From a virus, in the IMG/VR virus record IMGVR_UViG_3300025536_000015: a stretch of 64,000 nucleotides of DNA; one strand, given 5' to 3'. Both the position numbers and the translations under genes were made by a program. The notes below the pieces were generated by a model, which did no database searches, was not told where the DNA came from, and was given only the letters and a program-made list of their open reading frames with translations. Of the stretch, positions 37,435 through 47,481 are shown piece by piece. How positions within the stretch are numbered: the first letter of the stretch is position 1; every line of letters starts with the position of its first letter.

Positions 37435-37881
37435 ATGACGAGCACGCCAGACGAAGACGTTCTTATCCCTGTGCCGGTCGTATTTCGGCTCGGGGCGCAC
37501 GAGATCCGCGTCACGCCGCTGCCGGTGCGGCGCGTCAAGGAACTGATCCGCGCTGTCGAAGGACACAAGGACCTGCTGGAGAAGCTGCCGCAAGTGTTGC
37601 AGATCGGCGTCGAGACGTTCCTCGACAAAGAAATCTACAAACGTCTCAACGCGCTCGTGCGCTTGGTCGTCTCGCCGGCGTCCGCGCACGAGTTTATGAC
37701 GGACGAGTGGTGCGAGGAAAACATGACGCACGCGCACTACCGGGCTATCTTCATGACGGTGCTGAAGCAGAACGAGTTGCACGGCGTTTTTCTAAAGGCG
37801 AAGGCCTTTCTGGGGGCGAACATGGACGGAGCCCTTCGCCAGGCGCTGACGAAGGTAAACCCGGACGCACCGTTGAACTGA
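37435..37881 (+). CDS. Tail assembly chaperone (G-like)
   Basis: Position between tail tube and tape measure genes. Confidence 0.7.
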   Translation: MTSTPDEDVLIPVPVVFRLGAHEIRVTPLPVRRVKELIRAVEGHKDLLEKLPQVLQIGVETFLDKEIYKRLNALVRLVVSPASAHEFMTDEWCEENMTHAHYRAIFMTVLKQNELHGVFLKAKAFLGANMDGALRQALTKVNPDAPLN

Positions 37882-38147
37882 CGGAGATCCTGCATCTGTT
37901 GATGTCGTCGTACGGCTGGACGCTGGACCAGGCGCTGGACCTGACGTATCCGCAGATCAAGGCGCTCTATCGGACCTTGATGAAGTGGCCGACGGCGAAT
38001 ATGTTTGTAGCCATGATGTCGCAGCACCTGAACGAAGGCAAGGACGAAACCGGGAAGCTCGAAAGCATGAAATCCGGGTCTGTCTCCGTGGTCGACGGAG
38101 CAGATTTTTTTAGCAAGCTCGGCATCAAACCTGAACCGGAGGGCTAG
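37857..38147 (+). CDS. Tail assembly chaperone extension (T-like), probably reached by -1 frameshift
   Basis: Overlapping -1 frame (YGWTLDQALDLTYPQ); heptamer A AAC CCG at 37857-37863. Confidence 0.55.
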   Translation, partial: KPGRTVELTEILHLLMSSYGWTLDQALDLTYPQIKALYRTLMKWPTANMFVAMMSQHLNEGKDETGKLESMKSGSVSVVDGADFFSKLGIKPEPEG

Positions 38148-39847
38148 TGGCGACGAACGCGGGCATCCTTGAAGTCGTCATCACGGCTACCACCTCCGGC
38201 CTCACGGCCGGCATAGCCAATGCCCGCGACGCCATCAACAAGGCTGGCCCCGACTTCAAGCGGTACGGGGCCTTACTGTTCGGCTCCGTGGTCGTCGGCC
38301 TGACCGCCAGCGTCCACGCCTTCGGGGAAGCCGAGAAGAACGCAACACTCCTAAGCCAAGCGCTCGCAAACCAAGGCATCCACTCGCGCGAGGCGCTCGA
38401 GGAACTGCTGAAGCTCTCGACCGAGCTGCAACACCTCAGTGGAATCTCCGACGATGCCATCCAAAATGCTGAAAAAATAATCGTCACGTTCGGCGCGACC
38501 GGCAAAGAGCTTGAGCGCATGACGCGCGCTGCTGTTGACGCTGCGGCACAAGGGAAGGACCTTGAAGGCGCGGCCGAAGCGCTCGGCAAAGCCTACCTCG
38601 GCGAGACCGGCCGACTCAAACAGTACGGGATCACGATCGACGAAGCGGTCCCCAAGGCGTTGCGCTTCGCAGAGGCCCTACGTCAGTGGGAGAAGTTATA
38701 CGGCGGGTCTGCGGCTGCCAAAGGAAAAACATTCTTCGGGATGATCGGAATCGCCAAGGAAGATATTGAAGATTTCGGCGAGGAAATCGGTCGCAACCTT
38801 GTGCCGACCGTCAAGCGGTTTGTCCAGTTCATGATCGACAACCGCGACGTGCTCATGAAAGCATCAGCAGACATTGGTCGCGGCATCCTGAAATGGGCAG
38901 ACGATTTTGCGACTGTCTTCACGTACTTCAAGACGAAATATGCCCAGTTAAAAGCGTTCATGGCAAGCAGCCCGAATCTATTCTTCGGGAAGACGACGCC
39001 AGAGCAAAAGAAATTATGGGATGACTTTTCTGATCCTGGCAACTCACCCACACACGTCGATACGAAGCCTGCAACGCTTGTGCCTGCTGGTATGTCTGCT
39101 GGCGCCAAGGACGACGACAAAAAAGGTAAAGGGAGCCCCAGCGAATTTAGCGAGCTGTGGAAGCAGGCGTACAGCGAAATCTTTGCTGACGGCAAGATTG
39201 TATTCGACGGCATCAAGGACCTCATCAGCGGCACGATCGGCGTCCTCTCGCAGACCTTCCAGCAGGTGTTCATCAACCTGGCCGAGGGCGGCAAGAACTT
39301 CACGCAGATCATGTCCAACCTTGGCACGAGCTTCCGCAACCTCATGTTCAAGGTGATCGCCGACATCCTGGCCAAACAGATCACCGCGATCCTGATGAGC
39401 GTCACGGCGGAGCGCGCGGCCGCGCTGGCCAAGGTCGCCTTCCATAAGGCCGTCGCGTTCGCCGGCGCACTGGCCGCGCACGCGCCCATCCCTTTCGTCG
39501 GCGTCGCGCTGGGCTTGGCGGCTGCGGCCGCGATCGCGGCCTACCTGGCCGGGGCCATCCAATTCGCCGAAGGCGGCATCGTCAACGGGCCGACGTTGGG
39601 CCTGGTAGGCGAGGCCGGCCCGGAGGCCATCATCCCCCTCAAGAAGGGCAAGGAGATGGGCATCTTTGGCGGCGGGGGCGGCGGCGGGACCACCGAGGTC
39701 CACCTGCACTTCGACGGCGCCGCGCTCGTGGACGGCGACGAGACGAAGTGGGACAACATCGCTCGCCGCCACATCATCCCGGCCCTGGCCGCTTACCAGG
39801 ACAAGACCCGTGCCAACGACTTCCGGCGCTGGCCGACGAGGGGCTGA
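38147..39847 (+). CDS. Tape measure protein
   Basis: Helical Ala-rich sequence; C-terminal FAEGGIVNGPTLGLVGEAGPEAIIPL. Confidence 0.85.
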   Translation: MATNAGILEVVITATTSGLTAGIANARDAINKAGPDFKRYGALLFGSVVVGLTASVHAFGEAEKNATLLSQALANQGIHSREALEELLKLSTELQHLSGISDDAIQNAEKIIVTFGATGKELERMTRAAVDAAAQGKDLEGAAEALGKAYLGETGRLKQYGITIDEAVPKALRFAEALRQWEKLYGGSAAAKGKTFFGMIGIAKEDIEDFGEEIGRNLVPTVKRFVQFMIDNRDVLMKASADIGRGILKWADDFATVFTYFKTKYAQLKAFMASSPNLFFGKTTPEQKKLWDDFSDPGNSPTHVDTKPATLVPAGMSAGAKDDDKKGKGSPSEFSELWKQAYSEIFADGKIVFDGIKDLISGTIGVLSQTFQQVFINLAEGGKNFTQIMSNLGTSFRNLMFKVIADILAKQITAILMSVTAERAAALAKVAFHKAVAFAGALAAHAPIPFVGVALGLAAAAAIAAYLAGAIQFAEGGIVNGPTLGLVGEAGPEAIIPLKKGKEMGIFGGGGGGGTTEVHLHFDGAALVDGDETKWDNIARRHIIPALAAYQDKTRANDFRRWPTRG

Positions 39848-41031
39848 TGGCGAACCAAGTCCTGACCACCAGCCTCACCCCGAGCCTCGACTGGGCCGAC
39901 GTCTCTGGCGCGCTCGAGTACTGGGTGCAGGTCGCTACGGACCCGCGCTTCCGAACGATCACGCAGCAGAAGACCGGCCTGGCGACGAGCACCCACACCA
40001 TCGCCTCCTCGCTGACCGACGCCAAGAAGTACTACTGGCGCTTCCGGACGCGCACCACGGCGGCCTACACGACCGACCAGGCGCAGACCACACAAGGCGC
40101 TGTCGGAGTCGCCCTGCGTGACGCGGCGGCGCGGACCGGCCTGGCCCAGTCCTTTAAGCCAACATACTCCCTGCCGATCGCGCGCATCGCGCTCAGTCTA
40201 AAGAAGACCCTCGCGCCGACCGGGAACATCTGGGTGGAGATATGGACCGACTCGCCCGGCGCGCCCAGCGCCCAGCTGCTGGCCGATAGCGCCGTCGTGA
40301 ACATCGCCACACTCACGACCAGCTTCGCCTCCTACAACTTCGACTTCACCTTCCCCATCCCGGTCGTCGCCGGCACGACCTACTACGTTGTCCTGCAAGC
40401 AGACAACGCCATCGACGCCGCGAACTACGCCACTTGGGAGACATCAGGCTCCAACAACTACAGCCGCGGCGGGCCGTTCCAACACGACGGCTCCGTGGCC
40501 TGGACGGCGCCCAACACGTTCGACCACGTCTTCAATACGCAGTACCAGGGTGGCTGGGGGACTTGGTCGCCGACGTGGTCCTTCTGGGTGGACTCGACCG
40601 CTGAGGCCGCGTTCACGCCTAGCGTGTCGAACGCCGTCGGCCGCTACAGCTACATCGACCCCGACGAAACCACAGACACCTATACCTTTGCCTGCAACCC
40701 GAAGACCAAGGCCGACCCCGTGCAAATGCAGAAGGCGTTCGAGCGCAACCTGTCCGGCGACCTGCTCTCCGAGTTCATCGCCACGCGCGCGCTGATCAAG
40801 CTGGACTTCAACGAAACGTACATAGCCCTCGAGCAGAAGACGGAGATCGAACGCTTTGCGAACAAGCGCAAGGACGTCTACCTCGTGGTCCTGAGCTACA
40901 ACCGCCAGGACGTCGTCGAGAACATCTACAAGGTGGCATTCACGAAGGGGCCGACGTTCGAGCCGCTGGCACACGGCCGCGAGGACTTGTTCGTCGGCGA
41001 CGTGGAGCACGAGGAGTCGGCAAACACATGA
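39847..41031 (+). CDS. Tail protein (Ig/Fn3-like and beta-sandwich domains, distal-tail-like C-terminus)
   Basis: Follows TMP; YYWRFR Fn3-like motif; AQSF...YYVVL domain. Confidence 0.62.
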   Translation: MANQVLTTSLTPSLDWADVSGALEYWVQVATDPRFRTITQQKTGLATSTHTIASSLTDAKKYYWRFRTRTTAAYTTDQAQTTQGAVGVALRDAAARTGLAQSFKPTYSLPIARIALSLKKTLAPTGNIWVEIWTDSPGAPSAQLLADSAVVNIATLTTSFASYNFDFTFPIPVVAGTTYYVVLQADNAIDAANYATWETSGSNNYSRGGPFQHDGSVAWTAPNTFDHVFNTQYQGGWGTWSPTWSFWVDSTAEAAFTPSVSNAVGRYSYIDPDETTDTYTFACNPKTKADPVQMQKAFERNLSGDLLSEFIATRALIKLDFNETYIALEQKTEIERFANKRKDVYLVVLSYNRQDVVENIYKVAFTKGPTFEPLAHGREDLFVGDVEHEESANT

Positions 41032-41041
41032 GGATTTCTAT

Positions 41042-41374
41042 ATGCCCGAAATAGGAAGCGGGGGCGGCAGCGGGTACCCGGCCGCCATCGACTCAGACGC
41101 GACGCTCGAAACGAACGCCGACTACGCGCGCATCCAGGTCCCCAACGACTTGGCCGCGTGCATTGTCGCGATCGAGACGGAGCTCGGTATCGCGCCGTCC
41201 GGGGGATATGCTACGGTCGTTGCCCGATTGGACACTTTAAGCAATACGTCCGGCGGCGTGCCGAGAGGCGCGAACTCAGCTCGTCCAGCTGCCAGCGCCG
41301 GCACGTTTTATCTGAGCACCGATCTCGGAATCTTCGAATACAGTGACGGCACGAACTGGTTCCCGATCCTATAA
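41042..41374 (+). CDS. Small tail-associated protein
   Basis: AIETELG...ARLD; GTFYLSTD...YSDGTNW. Confidence 0.6.
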   Translation: MPEIGSGGGSGYPAAIDSDATLETNADYARIQVPNDLAACIVAIETELGIAPSGGYATVVARLDTLSNTSGGVPRGANSARPAASAGTFYLSTDLGIFEYSDGTNWFPIL

Positions 41375-41378
41375 AAAT

Positions 41379-44024
41379 ATGAAAAAACTTCGACACCTCC
41401 TGACGGCAATCGGACTCCTCGCCTGCGTGGCGGCGCCTTCCGCCGCCGTCACGCTCACCACGACCGGCTACTACAGCCTGCAATACGACACGGTCAAAGG
41501 CACGTCTACGATCCAGATCGCCGGAGAGATAAAGGTCGCCCAGAGTTCGATGACGCTGTCCACGGCTAAGGTGATCATCAACGGCACGACCGGCTTCATC
41601 ACGCTGGCCGGCGCGCTGACGCTGTCCGGCGCGTCGGCCAACGCAGTATTTCCGGCCTCTACAACCGTCTCCGGCGTGTTTGGACGGAGCGCATCTTTTA
41701 TCACCATCGATCAGACCGGAGCCGCCGGATACATCACCTCGGTGTCCTCCGTAAACGCTGCTTCGTTCTGGGGCGACGGCTCTCATTTGACCGGAATAGG
41801 CGTTGGCGGCGATGGTGCTGTTCAGTTCGTAAAGAGCGGCAGTCTATTCGGACGCACCGACAAAATCTATTTCAATGAGCTCACTGGCACGCTCGCGCTC
41901 GGAACCGGCGTCTCGACGACCAGGGGACTAAAGATATCTTCAACTGTCATAGCCGAGATCGATGTTTGCTCTGTCACCGGAACACCGACCTGCGGTGGCA
42001 TTTTTACCGCCTCCTCAGGTGCCAATCCGTACACCACAATTACTGCTGATGGTGCGCTGCGCTTTAACTCCGCCGGGTCCAATCGCGGTGGCTTCTCGAC
42101 TGGTGGGGCGCTCTACATCGGCACCGATCCAGTGGCCGCCGGCGGAACTGCTGGAGACCTCTATTTGTCTGGCAACGTCACGTCCGACCTTGCGGTAATC
42201 GCTCTGAACTTCACGCAGAACGGAGCTGCTGGGAGATATTCCGGAGCCTCGTCTGTCACAGCCTCCGGCTTCTTTGGGGACGGATCACAACTGAAAGGCA
42301 TCCCATCCACGTCATCGATCAGCGGGGTCTACCTGCCCCTGGCTGGCGGCTACATGTCCGGCCAGCTGACCAACACGTCGAGCATAACAGCGACCGTGCG
42401 GATGCTTTCGCCGCTCTACACACCTCTGGTCGGCAACGGCAACAGCATCGCCATCACCGCCAACAACGGGGCCGCCGCGCCTGCTGGTTCAATCACGCTT
42501 ACCGGCGGCACCGGCTCATCTTCCGGCGGAGCAGGCGGCAACATCGTCATCAATGGCGGCGGGTCAAATGCCAATGACGCGGACGGCGGGGACATCACGA
42601 TTACAGGCGGTGGTGCCGACAACGCGTCCACGCCTGGCGGTGGAGACGTGACGATTACTGCCGGAAGCGGCAACAACGGGGACGGCGGCGTCTTGACCCT
42701 GGCCGGAGGAACTGGCGCTGGGGCCAACGCCGGATACATCGCCTTCTTGTCCAGCGGCATCGAGCGCGGGCGCCTGTCGCAGACTGGGAACCTGACGTTT
42801 TATAGCTCAGTCACCGCGTCGGCTTTCTACGGAAACGGGGCTGGCTTGGTCGGAGTGACTGGGACAGAGGCCAACACCTACACCTCCTCCAAGACGTTCA
42901 CCAGCACCGTGCAAACCGCCGCGCTGTACTCCACGTCTTCATCCTTTCGCAATTCAATCAGCACCCAGGCGCAGTTCTACGGCATGGCCGTCGGTGTCCC
43001 GAGCGATTTAAACGGGTCAATCGGTCTTGGAAATGCCGCCGTTGCGCGAGGCATTCTTCAATACCAGGGGAACACCAATGGGTTCTTCTATCTCGATAAC
43101 ACCTACAACAACGACAACGCCGACTTTGTATTTAGATCAAAAACCTCCGTTTTGGCGCAGGAGAATTTCCGGATTCGCGGGAATGGACATGCCGGGTTTG
43201 GCGTAGCGGCTCCTGCGTCTTCTTGGGGGGCGTCGAAGACGGTTGAAATTTCAACCGGGAACAATGGCCCGAGCCTGTCTCTGACAAATACAGGAGGCAC
43301 AGCTTCTAGATGGGAGCTTATCGCGAAGGGCGGGTCGTCTGGCGAAGTTGCGCTCGCCGAAAGCGGCACTACTCTGTGGATTCTGGATAAGACCACGGGC
43401 CGGATGACGCTCGGGTCAACGGCTGGAACTGGGGTTGGTGGTCTTATCGCCGGGTCGGCTATTATCGATGCCGGGTCGGGAGTCTCCACGGTAACGGTCG
43501 GCAACGCCTCCAACGGCTCCGGCTCTGTAATGATCTATGCCAACAGCGGCGTCACCAACGGGATAACTATTGGACCATCAGTCGATTTAGGGGCACGGAT
43601 CAGGTACAACTCGAATGGGAATCTGGACATCAGCCCGCGCGAAGGCTTCCATATCAATTTTAGAGGCGGCGGCCAGGTCTATTCATCCTCTGGGACCTGG
43701 ACACCGGCATGGACCGGGTTCAGTGCCGACCCCACTGGAACCACCGCCGTCTTGCAGATCGGGAAGATGGTGAAGGCCGAAATTGAACTTTCGGGGCATG
43801 GAACAAGCAACGCCACCACACTCACCGTCACACTCCCCGTCGCGGCAAAGCGGGCCACAAGCTATCCGATGCAAGTCGTAGACAATGGCACCAACGTCAT
43901 TGGTGTTTGCGACACAGCTGCCGCGTCTAACATTCTTACTTGCTACGCATCTTCGGCCTACGCCAGTTTCACCGGATCAGGGCTTAAGAGCGTGCGGATA
44001 AATATCTCGTACATCGCCAACTAA
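41379..44024 (+). CDS. Gly/Ser/Thr-rich tail-fibre/adhesin-like protein with N-terminal signal peptide
   Basis: MKKLRHLLTAIGLLACVAAPSAA; three SSV.AS.F.GDG repeats; C-terminal GTWTPAWTG fibre-tip motif. Confidence 0.7.
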   Translation: MKKLRHLLTAIGLLACVAAPSAAVTLTTTGYYSLQYDTVKGTSTIQIAGEIKVAQSSMTLSTAKVIINGTTGFITLAGALTLSGASANAVFPASTTVSGVFGRSASFITIDQTGAAGYITSVSSVNAASFWGDGSHLTGIGVGGDGAVQFVKSGSLFGRTDKIYFNELTGTLALGTGVSTTRGLKISSTVIAEIDVCSVTGTPTCGGIFTASSGANPYTTITADGALRFNSAGSNRGGFSTGGALYIGTDPVAAGGTAGDLYLSGNVTSDLAVIALNFTQNGAAGRYSGASSVTASGFFGDGSQLKGIPSTSSISGVYLPLAGGYMSGQLTNTSSITATVRMLSPLYTPLVGNGNSIAITANNGAAAPAGSITLTGGTGSSSGGAGGNIVINGGGSNANDADGGDITITGGGADNASTPGGGDVTITAGSGNNGDGGVLTLAGGTGAGANAGYIAFLSSGIERGRLSQTGNLTFYSSVTASAFYGNGAGLVGVTGTEANTYTSSKTFTSTVQTAALYSTSSSFRNSISTQAQFYGMAVGVPSDLNGSIGLGNAAVARGILQYQGNTNGFFYLDNTYNNDNADFVFRSKTSVLAQENFRIRGNGHAGFGVAAPASSWGASKTVEISTGNNGPSLSLTNTGGTASRWELIAKGGSSGEVALAESGTTLWILDKTTGRMTLGSTAGTGVGGLIAGSAIIDAGSGVSTVTVGNASNGSGSVMIYANSGVTNGITIGPSVDLGARIRYNSNGNLDISPREGFHINFRGGGQVYSSSGTWTPAWTGFSADPTGTTAVLQIGKMVKAEIELSGHGTSNATTLTVTLPVAAKRATSYPMQVVDNGTNVIGVCDTAAASNILTCYASSAYASFTGSGLKSVRINISYIAN

Positions 44025-44081
44025 AATGACCGCCCCCCTCCACCTGCTCTACCCCCGGCTGGTTAAGCTGGCGGAGCGCGC

Positions 44082-45269
44082 GTGAGCTTCCTATCCCGTC
44101 TCAAGTCGACGCTTCTGTCTGCCGTGGATCTGGTCAACGGCAAGCGTCCGGCCTTCGCGCGCCCGCCGTCCTTTGACGAAGCGTGGAGCATCCACGACGG
44201 CACGACCCGCCTCGAGGCCATCCGCGCGTCTGCTGAGATGGAGATTTCTGCCTTCGTCCGATCTGGCGACTTTGTGGCGCAGAAGCCCAACGACCTCGGC
44301 GACGCCTGCATCTGGCAAGGCGTCTACACCGCGATGTGCGTACACCGCTGGCGCGTGACCAAGAGCGATGTCTTGCGCATCGAGATGGTCTGGGCCGCGC
44401 AAGCGCTGGCAAAATATATCCGATCGGGGATACTCCACCGCGGAGCCATGCCAACGTCGCTCCAAGGTGTTTTGTTTCACAAAGACGCGACAAAAATCTA
44501 CCTGGACGACCCGGACGGGTATACTTACCGCGACGACGCGTCCCTCGACTCGCTCCTGGGCTTCTGCTTCGGCGCGGCCACGGTCCTGCGGTACGGAGAC
44601 GCCGAGACGTGGAGCCTGCTCCGGCCGGCGGTGGTCGCGCTCGCAAAGCGCTTCGAGGACGACGGCTTCCGCCTGGTCAAGCGCGACGGCACGCCGACGC
44701 AGTACGGCGACTGCCGCCCTGGCCTCATCCAAGCCCCCGTGCGCGTCTTGGCGGCTGCCCTGCCGTCCCTGCTGGCCGGCGGTGAGGCCTGGCGCAAGAT
44801 CGCCAAGTCGCACGCGCCAGAGTTCCGCACGCCCGACACGCAGATCCCCGGAAAGATGTCCTGGGTGAACGCCCACTTGGCCATGCTGGCTTCGCTGGCG
44901 TACGCCACGGCGACGCACACCGGCGACCCCGGCCGTAAGGAAGCGGAGGACGGCCTACGATCGCTTCTGACGAAGTACGCGCCCACCGGAAACGCCTTCT
45001 TGATCAACGCGTGCGGCGCGGCCGGCCTCGCGGTCCGCGCCGAGGACCAGCGCGTTGCCGCGCAGGTGCTGTCCGAGTTCCCCGTTGGCGGCAAGCCCAT
45101 GACGCCCATCGCGCCGAAGAACGTCTACCCCACGCCGGCGCACCTGCGCCCGCGCTTCGACGTGTTCTGGCAGCGCGACCCATATGAACAGGGCAGCGGC
45201 GAGGAGATGAGCGTCGCCATAAGCCGCATAGATTTCTTGCTGGCCTACTACATGGGAGCGGGGGCTTGA
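44082..45269 (+). CDS. Hypothetical enzyme-like helical protein
   Basis: 395-aa ORF, GTG start; family not recognised. Confidence 0.6.
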   Translation: MSFLSRLKSTLLSAVDLVNGKRPAFARPPSFDEAWSIHDGTTRLEAIRASAEMEISAFVRSGDFVAQKPNDLGDACIWQGVYTAMCVHRWRVTKSDVLRIEMVWAAQALAKYIRSGILHRGAMPTSLQGVLFHKDATKIYLDDPDGYTYRDDASLDSLLGFCFGAATVLRYGDAETWSLLRPAVVALAKRFEDDGFRLVKRDGTPTQYGDCRPGLIQAPVRVLAAALPSLLAGGEAWRKIAKSHAPEFRTPDTQIPGKMSWVNAHLAMLASLAYATATHTGDPGRKEAEDGLRSLLTKYAPTGNAFLINACGAAGLAVRAEDQRVAAQVLSEFPVGGKPMTPIAPKNVYPTPAHLRPRFDVFWQRDPYEQGSGEEMSVAISRIDFLLAYYMGAGA

Positions 45270-45270
45270 T

Positions 45271-45693
45271 ATGAATATCACTGCCGACGGCGTCGCCGCA
45301 GTTTGTGCCGTGATTGTGGTCGTGGGAGGCGCGATCGGCGCCTACCTCGCCGTCGTCGACCGCCGCCAGGCTGCGGAGATCAAGGACCTCAAGGACGCGG
45401 CCAAGGAGGCCAAAGACGAGATGACGCGCCGCATCGACGGCTTCCACTCGTCCGTCAACTCCCAGATGCGCGACGCCGAGAACCTGCGCCGTGACCTCGA
45501 ACGGCGCCTGGGCGAGGTACAGCGCGAGCATATCACGCGCACCGATCAAGCCGAGTTTCGCGCGGAGATGCTGTCGACCGTGGACAAGGTCGGCGATCGT
45601 ATCGGCCACTCCATCGACAAGCTGAGTTCCGAGATCCGAGAGGACATGAAGGCGATCTCCAAGCGCGTCTCTGACGTCGAGGCCAGAAGCTAA
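45271..45693 (+). CDS. Membrane-anchored coiled-coil protein (possibly holin-like)
   Basis: N-terminal transmembrane helix then coiled coil. Confidence 0.55.
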   Translation: MNITADGVAAVCAVIVVVGGAIGAYLAVVDRRQAAEIKDLKDAAKEAKDEMTRRIDGFHSSVNSQMRDAENLRRDLERRLGEVQREHITRTDQAEFRAEMLSTVDKVGDRIGHSIDKLSSEIREDMKAISKRVSDVEARS

Positions 45694-45694
45694 A

Positions 45695-47479
45695 ATGCCG
45701 ACGCCACAGAAGTGGGGAACGTCGCGTTGGGGAACATTCCTATGGGGCGGCAGCAACAGCGCCGCGCTCACAGAACTCCTCGACCGCAAGGACGGCCTAC
45801 ACGTCCATCGCCGCATCATCTGGGAGCTGGACGCTGCCGACCAGAACATCACTCCGTATTTCCTGAGCGCGTCGTCCGTCTACCAGGAGAAGGAGCGCTC
45901 GCCCGACCGCGTGGCCGCCGGCGACGCCACGCTTACGTTCAGTAACTACAACGACGCCTTCACCGAGACGGACTCTTCGAGCTTCCTCTACAACGTCAAC
46001 TACCATAACCGAAACGTGACGATCGAGGTTGGCTTGGAGCTCGACGACGGCACCATCGAGTACGTCAAGGTCGCGACGATGAAGGTCCGATCAATAACCC
46101 TTTCTTCGGACAAGTCGCGCGTGACGATCCGCATCTACGACCTCATACGCCGCTTGCTGACCGAGACGATCAACCGGAAGCCCGAGGCCGCAGTCGCCGT
46201 CGCCGGCGGCTCCAACGTCGGCAACGGCACCTGCTCTGACGTGGACGTGAAGCCATTCGTAAACGTCTCGCAGACGTGGGCCGTAACCTGCACCCTCGGC
46301 GGCGGCACCGGCGTCGCTACCTTCAGCGTCGTCGGATCGGTCTCCGGCAACATCGGCACGCTGACCGACGGCACCGAGTTCTCGAACGCCACGACCGGCG
46401 GCATCAAGCTCTCCATCCGCGGCGGCACGATCAACTGGGTCATCGGCGACGTCTTCACCTTCTCGACGTTCAAGATGATGGAGTACAACGTCGTCAACCC
46501 CGTCAAGATACTATGGTCGCTGCTGACCGGGGTCAACTGGGACACCGGCCTCAACGAGGACTGGAAGGCGCGCACGCCGCAACTGGACGGCACGCTTAAC
46601 AGCGCGAACGTCGACCTCAACTACGGCGGCTTTGCCTCGGCCGTCGATAACGCCACCTTCGACATCAAGGGCTTTGTCCCGTGGGACTACGACCTCGTGA
46701 AGGTCATCGAGGAAATCATGATGCACTTCCTCGGCTCGATCAACGTCGACTCGAACGGCCGCCTCTACGTGAAGATATGGCGGCCGGAGCTTGGCCTGGT
46801 CCGAACCTTCGCCGACACGAAGAAGAACCGATCCATGAGCCTGACGCGCGACACCCAGGACATGATCAACTGGGTCAACGTCAAGTACCGGAAAGCCGAC
46901 TCGTGGCCGTGGAGCAACGAGCGCGAGGAGGACACGCTGGACGGAGTGTACGTCGCCAAGAACCAGGACTCCTACGACGACTTCGGCCAGTGGTTCACGC
47001 TCAACCTAGAGACGCGCTGGTACAACGCCGCTGCCGACCAGGCGAGCTTCCCGGCCACGCGCCTCGTCGACAAGTACGCGATCCCGCCGCGCCGTTTCAC
47101 CTTCAAGACCGGCCTGGACGGTCTCGAGACACAGATCGGCGACGTCATCGGCGTCACGGACGAGAAGCTCGGCTATACGGATTATCAGGTAGAGGTCATG
47201 CGCAAGGACGGCGACTACGCCGCGCGACCCGCCGCCATCGTCTTCGAGGCCGAGGACACCGGCACCGCCGGCGTCAAGTGGGTCTTCCTCGGCTCGACCG
47301 ACGACGAAGGCGACGACGCCAGCCCGCAGGCCACGAGCTTCCTGACCGCGACGGACGCCGACAAACAATTTTGTTACTTGAGTCAGACCGGGGGCAGCGG
47401 CTCTACCGGCCCCGACTACTATTTGTTCAGCCTGCTCGCGTGCCTATTGTGCCACGCGCGGGACTTGGTTACACTTTAG
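45695..47479 (+). CDS. Tail tip / baseplate hub protein
   Basis: KWGTSRWG start; LETQIGDVI..TD hub-type C-terminal motif. Confidence 0.65.
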   Translation: MPTPQKWGTSRWGTFLWGGSNSAALTELLDRKDGLHVHRRIIWELDAADQNITPYFLSASSVYQEKERSPDRVAAGDATLTFSNYNDAFTETDSSSFLYNVNYHNRNVTIEVGLELDDGTIEYVKVATMKVRSITLSSDKSRVTIRIYDLIRRLLTETINRKPEAAVAVAGGSNVGNGTCSDVDVKPFVNVSQTWAVTCTLGGGTGVATFSVVGSVSGNIGTLTDGTEFSNATTGGIKLSIRGGTINWVIGDVFTFSTFKMMEYNVVNPVKILWSLLTGVNWDTGLNEDWKARTPQLDGTLNSANVDLNYGGFASAVDNATFDIKGFVPWDYDLVKVIEEIMMHFLGSINVDSNGRLYVKIWRPELGLVRTFADTKKNRSMSLTRDTQDMINWVNVKYRKADSWPWSNEREEDTLDGVYVAKNQDSYDDFGQWFTLNLETRWYNAAADQASFPATRLVDKYAIPPRRFTFKTGLDGLETQIGDVIGVTDEKLGYTDYQVEVMRKDGDYAARPAAIVFEAEDTGTAGVKWVFLGSTDDEGDDASPQATSFLTATDADKQFCYLSQTGGSGSTGPDYYLFSLLACLLCHARDLVTL

Positions 47480-47481
47480 CC

